From NCBI GenBank assembly GCA_003971905.1, contig RSEE01000019.1, positions 124,001 to 188,000 of the forward strand: a DNA stretch of 64,000 nucleotides, in the 5' to 3' direction. The translations under genes and the position numbers were made by a program. The notes beneath the pieces are model-generated. The model made no database searches, had not been told where the DNA came from, and saw only the letters and a list, made by a program, of their open reading frames with translations. Origin of the DNA: Moniliella sp. 'wahieum' (taxonomy: Eukaryota). Shown one piece after another: positions 14,738 to 28,630 of this stretch. The first letter of the stretch is position 1. Each line of letters starts with the position of its first letter.

Positions 14738-16520
14738 CTGCGCACCTCGCCCTTGGCCGTCGCCGCGGCAGCCGCTGCGGTGCTCAGCGCGCTGTCCGCG
14801 CTGCCTGCCACCGACGCCCACACCCCCGGCTCCGACTTTGTCCGCATCCACACCCGCGGCGCGCCCCAGGGCAGTGACGGCCAGCGTGTCCCGTGCTTGC
14901 CCGCCAGGCCGCCGCCGCTCCGTTTGCCCCCAGCGATGCCGAGCAGGACCCCGTGCTTCAGGCCGGGCAGGGAAACTACGTCCAGGCGGCCCAGGCCGCC
15001 GATAACATTCCCGGCGTGCAGAGCACTGCCAATGGCAACCTCGCCAGTGTCCGGGCCAGATCGTCAGCGGCGACGGCGTGCAGTATCCCTGGTTTTCAGA
15101 CATCCCCGTCACGCCGACCCTGCAGTGAACGGCAGCGAAGACGGTGGTTGGCAAACGTTGCCTCCTATCCAGGGGTTCACCTTCAACGACACCTTCTACG
15201 TGAGCAACAAGTATAACAACGAATCCGCCATCTTCCCCTACTACATTGCTGTGGACGACCCGCAGACAGTCGAGCGCTTCGTTATTGTCTTCCCTGGAAA
15301 GGTACGTCCCAATCTCGTCTCGCTCTCCCGACCACCCTGTCTAACTTGGTCCCAGCCTCGTGACGTGTGGAACTACGCCAACCTCATGCTCAATGCCCGC
15401 AACATCCCCGTCATTCGCGGCCAACAGGGCGTTGCCCCATGGTCTACTTGGGGCATGACCAATGCTTCGGTAGGGATCGTAGCGCCGGCATTTATGAACA
15501 TGCAGGACCTACAGGCTGGCGCGTGCAAGCCTCAGTACCTATGCTTCAACAACTCGCTCTGGCAACAAGGTGGCACCAACAAGAACCCCGTTATGAAGCA
15601 TTCCATCAGCTCGTTCTTGGCGATGGACCAGCTGCTGGACCAGCTCTTCCTTAACACCACCTACCCCAACCTGAAGCAGGTCGTTGTTGCGGGCCACTCG
15701 TTGGGAGGCCAAGGCGCTCAGCGTACGCGGTTTCTCAAAAAGACCAAGGCCTACGACCCCAACGTGCGCTTTTGGATTGGCAATCCTGGTAGCTGGGCTT
15801 ACCTTACCTCGAAACGTCCCGACAGCAACAGTTCCGCCATCGACACGTACGACCAGTGGCCCTATGGCATCCACCAAAACACGTCTACTGTTCCTTCGTA
15901 TGCTCGCAAGGACGTGATTGCTCAGAACGGAACCCTCGTTGCCGAACGGTACCGCAACCGCACGGTAGGGTACTTTTTGTCTCTGATGGATGTGGGCGCG
16001 GGTGTCACCTCGGCTGCTGCCATGTGGCAGGGCTACAACCACTTGGACCGAGGGTCGAAATTTGTCATGTCCATGGGCCAAGACTTTCCCGATGGCTTCC
16101 CCCCCAACCATACCGCCGATTTTGAAGCGAATCTAACCCATGTTGATTACGGAGGTTCGTCTTCTTCCCTTTTTTTCTTCTATTACACACAGCGTCCTGA
16201 CATTTTGCTCCTTCAGCGTACACTGCCAACATGTCCCTCCAACGCCTCTTTTACGATGGCCTGCACGTCCGGAACCCTTGGTGACCAATGTGACCAATCC
16301 AGGGGACAAGCCTCCTCATATCAAACACCCACCGCACCACAATTCCACCAATGGCACCCACGCCTTTGCCACCCCCAAGCACAAAACCATGGCTCGCTCT
16401 CTGCTTGGAGGCTCCGTGGCCGCTGTGGTGCTCGCATTCTTTATCTTGCCTTGGGTGTTTACCAACAACTACGTGGGAGCATGGGAGAACGAGCCTGTGC
16501 CGATCGATCGCAAGATGTGA
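14738..16520 (+). CDS. putative secreted or membrane-anchored alpha/beta-hydrolase-fold protein; introns about 15302-15354 and 16154-16216; start uncertain
   Basis: Signal-peptide-like LAVAAAAAAVLSALSALPATDA, nucleophile elbow VVVAGHSLGGQ, many N-x-S/T sites, C-terminal hydrophobic LLGGSVAAVVLAFFILPWVF. Confidence 0.7.
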
Positions 16521-17120
16521 TGCGGCAGCCTTGTTCGTTTGAAATCGGCCTGTTTTCCCTGCTCTGCTCGGCCTTGTCACGGGTGCAAGAACCGTGGGAA
16601 CCGCCCTAGCTGCTGTTGCCCGTCTCTCCATTTTGCCATTTTGCACCTACGGGGTTTCCCGATGTGATGGTTTTCCTTCCCCCCTCCCTTGGCTTGCAGA
16701 CCTACTGTTCAGTTTGTCCTGTTATTTGATCTTCGCACAGACTTTTCTTCATTCCACGGGATTTCCATCTCCTTTTCTCTTCTCTTTCTCTTCCTCTCCC
16801 CCCCTCGCTCGTTCTGGTCGTCTCTGCACCCGCCTGCCACCTCTTTTCCACCAATGTATCCCTCTCGGCCTGCCCTTTCTTAGACACAGGGCGCACATAC
16901 GCACATAGTAGAGGCACCTTGCTGGTGCGCGACGGCAGTGGGTGCGGGGGCGGGGAAGGCGGAATCCTTACAACCAAGACGATAGTAGTGCTGTAGGTGT
17001 GCTATACCTGCCCTGTCCACTGCACGCACATTTCCCATACTCTTACACACGCTACACACGTTTCTAAGCCATCCAGACATACACAAGGACAAAAAATCCG
17101 ATAATACCCCAACCAGTAGG

Positions 17121-20100
17121 CTAGCGCCGTGGTTTCTTGGTGCCCCCGACCCCGATGTGGCGGACGCGGTACCCGACTTACGCTTTGCGCTGGCCGCCTC
17201 GCCTAGGCCCAGCGCTTGATTGATCGATTGGCGAGCGACGGCAAGTTCTTTGCGGTACTGTTTCTCGAACGTGTCCACCAAGCCCAGCACGGCTGCGTCC
17301 AGCGCATTGAACCGTCGTGCATTGGCCATCATCAGTGCCACATCGTCCGTGAAGCCCTTGACCGAAACGTACTGGTCCGTCTTGAGTTTGGTTTCGATCA
17401 AGGACAAGTCGCGTGCGTCTTGCTTGGGGATCACAGTAAAGTAATGTGGGATGCCCAGCGCCACAGGGTCGACCGGTTGGAGAAACAGGCCCGAGACGAC
17501 GACATTGTGTTTCAACCGAGAGAGTAATCCTTGCAGCGCTCGTTTTTCAGCATACTCCAACGATGGTACCAGCGCTTTGGTCCACTCTTGTAGAAACACC
17601 GCCTCGACCGCGTCGGCGTAAATGTAGGGCACCGTCGTGGGGGGGTTGAATTGGCGCGCATTGGCAAAGATCAGCAGGGCGTCCGAAGCAAACTCGCTCA
17701 TGCGTGTGTACGCGCCACTGGCCACTTTTTTCTCCATGGTACCCAAGTCCATCGGGTGTGCAATCTCCTCCAGGTAGGTGGGTGCACCATCCAAGATTGG
17801 ATCGACAGGACGGAGGAAGAAAATCGCTTCGGGAACCTTCTTTAACGCTTGAAGCACCGCACGCGCCCGCTTGGGATGGAAGGGCATCTTGCCCGCCGCA
17901 CCCACCGGATCCGTCAAGGCCAGCTCGGGTTGTGCCTCACCGTGGGAGGACTTGGACTTGGGCTTGGGCTGGCTCGATCCAGCTGGTGACGCCGAGGTGG
18001 AGTGGACAGGTGCTGCGGAGGTCGCGGGGGTGGCTTCGAAGGAGGGACAGGAGGGGGAGGCTTTTTGATGGTGGTTCAGTTGCAGGAGGGGGGGAATGGG
18101 AGACGGAAGGGGGAGGGGCACGGGGGGCAGCAGCGACTGGGGACGCCGGGGAAGGCGAAACGCGCGTGGTGCCGGCATGGATGCTCTTGGTTTGCTCAAC
18201 TTCATTTTGATTTTGGGCACGCTGACCTCCGATCCGCCTCGCAGCGGGCGGCGGCTTTGTCGGTGCCGGTGCCGATGCAACGGACGCGGGAGCGGCTGGG
18301 CCGAAGCGCGGGGTTTGAACTTGAGTTACGGGTTTCGTTTTGGGGGGTGGCGGAGGAGGCGCTGCGGGCGGTGCCGCCGTGATGGCAAGTGGAGCATCGT
18401 CGTCTTCCTCTCCATCCGATTCGGGGGGTGGGAGAGGCCGCGTGGTTTGGGCCAAGGGCTCGTCCTCATCCTCGTCCGAGGCTTGGGCTGCCTTGGCAGC
18501 TTGGGCCTTGTGCTTCTCTTCGGCTGCTTGAATGGTGCGGGTGATCCTGGTCCATGACGATCAAACACCTTGCCCAACTTGTCCGCTTCCATGTGGACAA
18601 ACGCGCGTGGGTCAGGCGTGTAGGCCTTGGCGTTGCGGACCATCAGATCAAAGTCGGCCTTGAAGGCAAAGCGATCGGGATAGAGTCCCGAATTGAGTTT
18701 GTTCTCGATCGTTGACAGGTCCATGGGCTCCGAGATGACCGAAAGGTAGTTGGGCGCATTGTCTCGTACCGGGTCGACCGGGTTCTTGAACAGCCATGCG
18801 TGCTGAGAAGCATGCAGGTTGCGCAAACAGTTGCGCGAGGCCGTGACGTCCATCGGACCCATGCCCGACACTGCTCCTTTGGCACTGGCTTGGACTTCTT
18901 GGCCTTCCCTCCGCGAAGCGTGAGTTTGGGTAGTGAGCGCTCGCGCCGCTTGGGATCAAACGCAACCCCCCGTGAGGGTGCATCGACTGGGACATGGTCA
19001 GTCAGAATCGGCACACAAGTCTCATCAAGGAGAGGGCACGTACGAGTTGAGCCAGGAGCGTCCGCGTTGATCCGCAACGTTAACGAGGCGCCGTGACGGG
19101 CATCTTGGGCATGGCCGGAAGCTCTGTTTCCGGTGCCGGTTTGAACAACAACTCCCCCAGCTTAAGCAGCGCCCAGCGCCCCATCTCATCCGCATGCGGA
19201 TCGAGCAGGGCACCCAAAAAGCCCTGACGAATGGCGGCAGATCGCCCCACCTCTCTTCGAACGATGCGGAGGACTTGACCCAAATCGGCTTGACGGGCCC
19301 GGTCCGCCTCTCTGGTCGCCCCTAGCGCATCCAGCTCTGACTCAACATAAATCGGTCGTCGTGGTTTCAGTTCGCCATGCACGTTGGTCGCAATGGCCAC
19401 CGCAAGGGACTCGACGACTAGGCGAGCGAGGGTACGCTTGACCACTTGGCTCTCATCCAAGCGGAGAATGGAAAGACGTAGCGCGCAACAATCTTGTGCT
19501 GAATGCCACCTAAGAGAAGGAGACAGTTGAACGCTGCCAGGCGAGGGGGACAAAGTTGCCGGGACGTGTAGACAAAGAACAGTTGTAGGTCCACAGGGCG
19601 CAGGCTCGCGAGCATACTAGCCAGATGGAAATCGAGCGAGGCAATGGACACCACGTTGTGGTATGCTGGCACGAGCATGTCCAACTCCCGGCAAGACTCG
19701 ACCTCGTTGACAGCCGCTTGCAGCAACTGTTCATCCTCTTCGCTTGGTGGTGGCGGAGCGCGATGAGGTTGTGTTCGGCGGGGAGAAAGGCAAGCGCGAT
19801 CGAGTTGATCAGGCCGGCAACATAATAGTCGTCTGACAATTTGTTGGTCGAGTTGTCGTTGTAGCGCAGCGCATTGACCAGGAATCGGCGTACGTGGCCA
19901 AAAGGCCGGCCATTCTGGTCGCGCACTCGCGCAATGGCATGGATGATCGTCCGGCGCAAAAAGTAGTCGGCCAGATCGCTAAAGTCGTTGGCTCGTGGTA
20001 CGATGAGAAGGTCAAGCGGATGCTTAGGCTCATACTCGGGTGGTTGTGGGTAGCAATACCGGAACTGGAAAAGTTTGTAGAGGTGAAAGAGCCCGATAAA

Positions 20101-22436
20101 GTCCAGTGACTCGATTGCGCAGTTGACCAGGGATTGGGCCGCCTCGTCCGTACACGAAAAAGTAGCGGTCCACGAGCACGGTACGCGTCAGCAACGAGCT
20201 CACCACCGTGGGCATACCTGACAAGGCCTTGATCGCACCCAGTGAGCAACAATGTCCCGATCCCGCTCCAGCTGAGACGCCCACATCCACGGCTCTTGTT
20301 GGAAGGTGAAGTCTGCGAGCCACTCAAACTCGGCATCAAGCCGGATCCACTCGTAAGGAGCATTGTTCATGTCCACTTCCTCTTGTTCCGTCCAATCTGC
20401 CACGCGCCACTCTTCGCGTGTGCCCTCATCCTCCCACTGTCCATAGATGAAGCCAAGGTCCATGAGACCCATTGCCTCACGCGCCTCTTCATCACCAGCA
20501 GCAGCAGCAGCAGCTTCTTGCGAGCTTGAAATCGCTTGGTGTTGCGGCGGACACGCTTGTACTTTGTGTTGAAAGGCACGTCCACTCGTTTGTCCAAAAC
20601 ATCAATCTCAATCACATGCTCGTACGGTGTCCGTCAGCCTCGTGGATTCGTACCGTCATTTGCCTTCAAACGTTGGATGGGATTGGAGTAGATTGCGTCC
20701 GTTGGGTTGGTCTGGGCAAAGCGATAGGCGGCGCACTCTTGTTGGATTCGCATCTCGATAATAAACTTTTTTCGGTTGAAGCTGGCAGTGACTGTGAAGC
20801 GCGGACACCCCGACCCGTGAATCCACTGTTCAGTAAAGGTGGAAAGATCCACACCTTGAAGTTTGCGACACAAGCGGAGAAATGGGAGGTACTGAGCACA
20901 TTGCTGTCCAAGCTCCCCGTCAGTGCCTCCATAAAGATCCGGTTCAACGCCCGATTCAACCCAAAGGACGAGCCCACCTTGGCCAATTTGCGGTCGAGAA
21001 TGTGCAAGACCAGGGGCTTTGAGGTTGATGAAGGACAAGAAGGTGCTATCGGGTGGCTCGGTCAGTCCCGGTTGGAACAAAGGCGGCATGCCCACATCCA
21101 TGTTGATGAGCCGATCCACATCCTTGCGTAACCGGAACCGATACTCGTTGTTGCCCCAAACCCGACGGAGGAACATCCCGCCATGTGTAGGCTCACACCA
21201 TGAATCAACCACGTGTCGGCCCACGAGCGCTGGATCACGTTAATCCCGATCCACTGCCATGCAATGGCATGAGCCACGATCTGATGCGTTTCATAAGCTT
21301 GGTCAATGATGGCGGGTGGGTGCAAAAGGTCTGAAGAGCAAATAGCAAGGGTCGAGCCAATGTGGCAATCTACCATTGGCTCCTCGACAAAGACGACAGC
21401 AAACGAGTCGAACGGATAGGAACCATAGTCGCGCGCGAAAAAGTCGAGTGCGGTACGGGTAAACCCGATGGAATGTACCATCATTTCCTCCTGTCCTGGG
21501 AGGGCGTGCCCCAGGACTTGGGGCTCCTTGGCTGGAGCGGCAGCAATAGGCGGGGCGGCGGCGGCCCCTGCATCCTTGTCGCCTGGAGCGGTAGGTGCAA
21601 GTGGTTGGCCTGGACGCACTGAAGGCGCAAAGCTGTGTTGCTCAAACGGTCCTACAGCAAATGCAATGTGCTGGACCGTGGTGGGTGCGGCATGCTCAAA
21701 GGACCAGAGCACCTTAGTGGGATCGTGGGGGGGGCGACCGTCTCGAGCAAGGTGCCAGAGCAGACAACCGCCACCTCGGCCACCTCGGCAGGGCCAGCAG
21801 CAGGAAGAGCGAGGTGGCGGGGGACTACAAAGTCCAAGCGCCACGTGCATCGATCCCACAGGTTGTCGAGGCATGGCACCCAACACCGTGCCCAGTCAGG
21901 GCAACTAGGGAGGTGTAGAGATGAGGGAGGCGGTGGGGCTGTCCGGGGTAGGGCGGACAAGGCGTAAGCCTGCGACATCTCGTCCAGTACATATTCGATC
22001 CGCACCTGCAGAGGCTCTCCCTCCCCGTCCTCCCCCATAGACACGTCGACGTCATCGGGAAGGCGGATGGACAGCTCGCCTGCGCGCCGTCGCTGGCCGC
22101 AGCAAAAAGGCGGCGCTTCAGAGCCGGGTAGCTGTGCACGTCGGGGGGAGGCTGCGGGGGCTGGGGCTGGGTGTGAGGGTACGCCTGCTGCTGGGGCTGG
22201 TTGGACGACTGGGAAGGGGCAGCAGAAAGGTCGTTGTGAGCATAGGCGGCTGGGGTGCCGTTGACGCGCACGGCGAGCACGCGTGCACAGCGCAGATGGA
22301 GGTGGACGGAGCGCAGGCCGGCGGCGGTGGGGACGAGGGTGAGCTCGGTGTACCCGGCCGCAGCGGGAGCGCCGTCCAGAGAGAGTTCAAGGGCGACGTG
22401 CTGGTGGAGCAGCGCCACGCCGCGCCCAGCTGGCAT
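17121..22436 (-). CDS. TAF2: TFIID subunit TAF2 (M1-aminopeptidase-like fold) with three C-terminal bromodomains
   Basis: ARCWVPCLDNLWDRCTW, IAFAVGPFE, FFARDYGSYPF, AHAIAWQWIG, YEWIRLDAEFEW, MWASQLERDRD, LRYNDNSTN...DDYY; bromodomains at about 18570-18850, 17590-17870 and 17250-17540 (F..PVDP...Y...I..PMDL). Confidence 0.92.
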
Positions 22437-22639
22437 TGGAGTGTGGCGACGCCAAAGGGGACGGCGGTGGTGGAGATGCCCGTCGCGCACGCGGCCATAA
22501 GGCACGGCTGCCGGCAGGCGGAATGGGCGCGCGCCCAATTCCGCCGGGCGCTCCTGTGGCGCTGGCTCTCGGCCTCCTGCGGCGAATTCCGGGCTGCTGC
22601 CGCCACCACACGCCGACTCCCCCCCGCCCCACCACCAGC

Positions 22640-23574
22640 ATGGGATTCGATCTGGACGCGTGCATCAGCAGCCTGCTCAACAAGCAGCTCCTCGGCGAGG
22701 CGCTGCTCAAGGAGATCTGCGAAAAGACCAAGGAGCTGCTCATGCGGGAGAGCAACGTGGTCCACATTGCTGCCCCTGTTACTGTTGTGGGCGACATCCA
22801 CGGCCAATTTTACGACTGATCGAGATCTTCCGCATCGGCGGCTTCTGTCCCAACACCAACTATCTCTTCTTGGGAGACTATGTGGACCGTGGCTGTTCTC
22901 CGTTGAGACCATCTCCTTGCTCACCTGTCTCAAGCTGCGCTACCCCGATCGCGTCCAACTCATCCGCGGCAACCACGAGTCGCGAGCCGTAACGCAGACC
23001 TATGGGTTTTATACCGAGTGCACACGCAAGTATGGATCGGCCAACGTGTGGCAATACTTTACCGACATGTTTGACTTTCTCACTCTCAGTGTCGTATTGA
23101 CGACCGGATCTTTTGTGTCCATGGCGGCCTGTCGCCCAGTGTGCACTACATTGATCAGATCAAAATCATTGACCGCTTCCGCGAAATCCCGCACGATGGC
23201 CCGATGGCCGACCTGGTTTGGTCCGACCCCGACCCGACAAGGAGGAGTTTGCACTGAGCCCGCGCGGAGCTGGCTATACATTGGGGCGTCGGTGGTCAAG
23301 CATTTCCTCGAGTTGAACGACATGAGCCATATTTTGCGCGCTCACCAACTCTGCATGGCCGGGTACAGTGTGCAGTACGACGACCGCTCTCCACCGTCTG
23401 GTCCGCGCCCAACTACTGTTACCGATGCGGCAACTTGGCCTCCATTCTCGAAGTTGGGCCAGGCGGGACACGACACTTCAAACCTTTGAAGCGGCGCCAG
23501 AGAACGATATAGATGGCCCCCAGCAGGTGACGGAGAATAGTGCGCAGTATGACTGTGTTAACTACTTCCTCTAG
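22640..23574 (+). CDS. PPG1: PP2A-like Ser/Thr phosphatase catalytic subunit, Ppg1 type
   Basis: MGFDLDACI...[56 protein letters not shown]-terminal YFL*. Confidence 0.9.
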
Positions 23575-23770
23575 TCGCCTGCCTGATACCCCCTCCTGCT
23601 CGCTGGCTTGTCCTTCGCCTGTACGAAAAGAAAAGGCCTGGTGCCCCTGCCCCCTGCCTACTGTATGCATACTGCCTGAGCCCAAAGCATCATGAGATCG
23701 ATTCAATGTGATTCTTAGGGCAATCCCCTCCGTTCCTCAACAGGCTAACAATAGCATCCTTGTCAGTCCC

Positions 23771-25750
23771 TTACTGGCCAGGCAAAGTGGTGAGACGGTA
23801 AATCTTGGTCAAGCCATCGGCACCGGCCGAGGCGATGTGCTGTTCGTCCAAAAAGACGGTAGCCGTCACGCCACCCGCATGAGCATCCTTGATGGCCAGG
23901 CGCTTCATAGGCTTGGCGACCGACCAAACATAGACATGCGTGTCCAAACTGCCCGACACGGCAAACTGAGAATCGGGCGACCAGGCAATCGACTCGACCC
24001 GCGCCGTATGGAAGACCCAGTGAACAATCTTGGGCGTCACCTCCTCCCCGCCCTTGCCCGCCAAGAGGCTAGTCGTATCATACACCACAATTTTCCCGCT
24101 TGACTCTCCCACGGCGAGAAGTTTGCCATCGGGACTGAACGAGACGGCCGTCACAGCGGACCGGTTGGCGCTCAGGGGAGCCAAGGGCTTGATGCTGCCT
24201 GCTACCAGGTAGAGGTTGACCTTGGACGATTCCAACCCCACAGCCACGACGGTGCCCGAGGCCGTCGCGTACGCCGAGATGGCCGTCGCACCCTCGAGGG
24301 CAATTTGCTGTGAGGCTGAGCCCACCACATCCACCCCACTCGTGGTCACCACAAACACCCCACCTTTGCCGTCCAAGGCCACACCATGAGTGCGTGGTTG
24401 GCCATGCAGGCTCTCCTTCTTGCTCTCCGCCAGAAGAAGGGGTTGACCTTCTCACCCTTGGGTACCTCGGCAGCAGGAACAAACGTCTGTAGAGTATCGT
24501 CCAGAGTCGCACCAATCAATTTGCCGTCCTTGGTGCTTCAAGAGCCACAACGGCCGCCGAGGCCGTACCAGAGGCGCCCTTATCAAACGTCACCGCTGCA
24601 CAGGGCGGCCGCCTCCCTGGCCAAAGTCCAAGAGAGAGAGGTCGTAGGTATACACCTCCCATCGTAGCTGCTGCCGAAAGCTGCAGATTTTGACCTGCGA
24701 CCGAGCCCGTCACCGCCAGGTCGGTCACCCCCTTGGTGGGGCCCAGGAGAGGGGTGAGCTCTGCACCTGAAGTAAAGCCCGAGGGGAAGCCACCTCCGTC
24801 AACACCCCGCGCACGCTCTGTGCCACAAGCGAAGTGGCGAGGTGAAGGTAAGAGCAACCAGTTGGTCACCGCCTTGTGTGCTGCCAGAACCCAGGTCCAC
24901 TTCGGAGCAGTTTCCCTTCCACCTTATCTCCCTGGCGCTCAGTTCATACACTTTCACCTTGCCATCGGCGCCCGCCGACGCCAACACGTCCTCCTTACCA
25001 GGGAAAAAGCCCAAGGCATAGATGGTACCTTGGCCTTGGCCGACCTGGCCCACGGGGGTGCCGTCCTTGCCGTGCAAGATAGCAATGGACCCATCCGAAC
25101 CAGCGGCCGCGGCATACGTGCCTCCGGGGCTGAACGCGGCAGCATGAACAAACTTGGACAAGGGCGCACCGTTTGGGCGAGTTTGTAGGGCACACCAGTG
25201 TACCAGCCCAGCTGGGTGTCGTCCGATGCAGTCAGGGCGCGGTAGGGACGCTGCCGGTTGATGGCCACGGCATTGATCGGTTTGGAGTGGCCCTCGATGG
25301 TGCCTACACTGCTGCCGAATCAAGGAGGAAGGCGGTGCCGAACTTCTCGCGGCCATCACCGACAGCGATGAGACGCTTGCTTTCGGCGTCCCAGCAATGT
25401 CCTTGACGGGGCCCGTGAGAGCCTTGTGCTCCAGCTTGAGCACCTTATCGCCGGCAACCAGGTCCCACACGCGGACGGTGCCACTTGCGTCGCCTGTGGC
25501 GGCGTAGAAGCCAGTGGGGCTTACCTGGACGGCGGTGATGGGCTGGGTATGCTCCACGTACGTCGATGTGCCGGGGGAGGCAAACGTGATGGGGCCGGCC
25601 GGCGGGAGGGCTGCCGAGGGAGCGAAGGACGAGGGAGCGGCCGCGGGGGTAGAGCAGCTGGCGGGTCTGCGGGTGGAAGGCGAGCTTGGCTGCGCTCCCG
25701 CGCTCGCCCGACGGGTTGGCGGCGAGCACACTGAGCAGCTGAGATGCCAT
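23771..25750 (-). CDS. AIP1: WD40 actin-interacting protein 1 (AIP1/WDR1)
   Basis: LAANPSGERG N-terminus, YVEHTQPITAVQVSPTGFYAATGDASGTVRVWD, RQRPYRALTASDD, WVFHTARVESIAWSPD...SGSLDTHVYVWSV, IKDAHAGGV. Confidence 0.9.
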
Positions 25751-26088
25751 GGACAGAGGTGTTAGCCGAGGCAGCGGGGTGTGGTGGTGGGGGGGGCGCG
25801 CAGCGCACTTGTTGTGCTGTGCTGTGCGCTGCGCGTGGGCGGCCGCCGCTCACGTAACCAGCCGCGCCACGTTGGCACCCCTCGCTCGGGCCATCGTGGC
25901 TGGCTCTGATCTGTGATCTCGGATCTTCAATCTCTGATCTCTGGTCCCAGGGCGGGGCAAATGGGTCGTGTCACCAAGCAGGTTAGCCACTAGCGCCTCG
26001 CTTCTACCTATCCGCACCCCCACCCACCTCTATCGCAACACAAGTGCAATCACACCAACATGCGTCCCCACACACAACCAGAAACACG

Positions 26089-27912
26089 CTATTTCTTGAT
26101 CAACACTCGGCCTTGCGGATCTGCTCCTGCGTCTCGTGGTGGAGAATCGCCTTGTAGTCCTCAATCGTAATGTCCTGTTTGGTCAGGTTGACAATCGACT
26201 CGTCCCGCACCTCCCAGATTTCGTTGGCCACCTGCTTCAGCAGGCGAAATCATGCGACACAATCACCACTCCTCCTTCAAACTCCTTGATGGCCGCCGCC
26301 AGTGCGTCAATCGAGGCCATGTCCAGGTGGTTAGTTGGTTCATCCAAAGGATGATGTGCGGGGCCTCCATGGCCAACTGGGAAAAAACCACCCGGTTCCT
26401 CAGTCCATCCGACAGAGTCCGAATGGGCGACGTTTGGTGCGCTCCCGTCAGACCAAACCGGCCCAGCTGCCCGCGCCAAAACTGCACCTCCTTGTTAGGG
26501 AAGCGCGAGGCATATTTGGACTCAAAGTATTGCAACGGACTCAAATGGTACGGGAGTTGGTCCGCCGAGTGTTGCGAGTACTTGGCGAGCTTGATGCCCG
26601 GGTGACGAGTCACTGTCCCCTCCACGGGCATCAGATCCCCCATCATCAAGTTCAACAACGTCGATTTCCCTGTCCCATTGGCCCCGACAATCGCCACACG
26701 CGAATCCATGTCAACGGCAAGGTCCAGCCCCCGGTACAGATAATCCTCCTTCAACCCCGAGTAGGAAAAGGCTACATTGGCAAACGCGAGGTTGGGTGGA
26801 GGCAATTTGGGCACATCCTCAAAATGAAAGCGCAGCTTCTTTGGTTCCCGAACCGGCTGTACCAAGCCTGCCGCGACCATCTTGTCGAGAATTTTTTGCT
26901 TGGACTGGGCTTGTCGGACTAGGTTGGCGTAGGTTCCTGCGGAGGCAATAAAGCGCTTGATCTTGGCCATCTCCTCTTGCTGCTTGTAATACGCTTTCAT
27001 TTGGTTCACCTCATTTCCTTCTTGACCCGTACATAGGTCGAGTAGTTACCTCCGTAGTAGACCAGTGTCTTATCCATCGTCAGCTCCACCATGTTGGTAC
27101 ATACTTCGTCCATAAAGTCGGCCGAGTGGGAGTGATGACGAGGATGTTGGGGTATTTGGACAGATAGGCTTCCAGCCATACCACTGCCCAAGTCGAGGTG
27201 GTTTGTGGGCTCGTCCAAGAGCAACATGTGGGGCTTGATGAACAAGGCGCGAGCTAGGGCAACGCGCATACGCCACCCCCCGAAAGATCTTTCGTAGGTT
27301 TCTTCATGCTCTGTGGGCTGAACCCCAGGCCATGAAGGATGGAGGAAGCCTTGGCCTCAAACGTGGCCGGATCCAGGGCATCCAATTCTTCATACATTGT
27401 CTCGATCAATAACTCGTCCACCTCGTCCGCCACCGATAGCTCTTCAATGTGTGCCTCGAGCTTCTCCACCTTCGCCTTGGCCGAATCAATGCAGTACTGC
27501 AGTGCATTCATCTCCGACGGATCCACTTCCCCCTCCACCAGATGAATGTCGATGAATTCAGGAATCTCCACGTCCCGTTCGGCTATCGATTGCAGCAACG
27601 TTGTCTTGCCCGACCCATTCTCTCCTAGGAGGCCATAGCGTTGCCCAAAGTTGAGCGTGATGGAGCTTGCGTCGAGCAAAAGGCGGCCATGGAAGGACAT
27701 GGTAAAATTGTCAATGTGTACATCGCGAGACAGGGGGTCCGAGGACAAGACCCGGACGCATTGCGCTCCGTGTCGAGCGCCAGCTGGCGCATGGTGGTTG
27801 TTGGTGGAGACACAGTGTCGGGCTGACTCGAGCGCGACGAACGGCTGGACCGTGACTTGGGGGCTTTCTTGGACGCCTTGTCCTGGCGCTTCGCCTTGGC
27901 AGCCGAAACCAT
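26089..27912 (-). CDS. ARB1: ABC-F family ATPase Arb1/ABCF2
   Basis: [22 protein letters not shown] and [11 protein letters not shown]alker A motifs; LSGG and LSDGLRNR signatures; [31 protein letters not shown]; no TM domain. Confidence 0.93.
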
Positions 27913-28630
27913 GGCGGTGGAAGTGGTGGTGGTGGTGGTGGTGATGGGGATGGCGGTGGCGGAGGGCCAATAACGGCGATCGTGTGGGCTAATGGGGCCA
28001 CCACGACAGCAACCGTCCAACGCGGGAGCTCCGAGTGCGGGGGGTGTTGTGGCGCAGGGGCCTCCCCACAAGCGGGGGCACGGGGGCAGTAGGCGGGGCA
28101 CGCCGCCGACGGAGACTACTCTTGTGCAGGCAGGCTGCTATTCGTAGGAGTCACTGTCATGAGTTGTGTGGGGACTGTGCCTGCGCTTGGGTGGCCAGCA
28201 CGGGATGGGTTCCGCCATTAGATGGGACAGACTGGGGCTGATGGCATGCTTCACCATGTCGGTGGTACGCTGGTACCAGCGCAGGCACGCGCAGCCCAGA
28301 CGACGGCACGCCGTCGTCTGGGCACTGCGGTATACGAGTTAGCACCAGTGCTTTGCCAAGGCCCAGGTTGAACATTGGCTGAAGTCTGAGAGAGCCAAGG
28401 AGAGAACCCCGAGCACCCCAATGAGTGCGGGGACATTCCGCACTTCCCATTCCGCCCCGCCCTGTCAAACAATTTGGCGGCCTGGTTGCCCAGTTACGTC
28501 CATCGAGGTTTGGACTCGTGTCAGTAAATTGGGACTGGAATTTGGGTACAGCGTATCGACCCCGTCCCCAGCACTCCACCCACCCACAACGGCGCAACCA
28601 ACCTTGCCAGCCCCCATCTCACCCTTCCCC

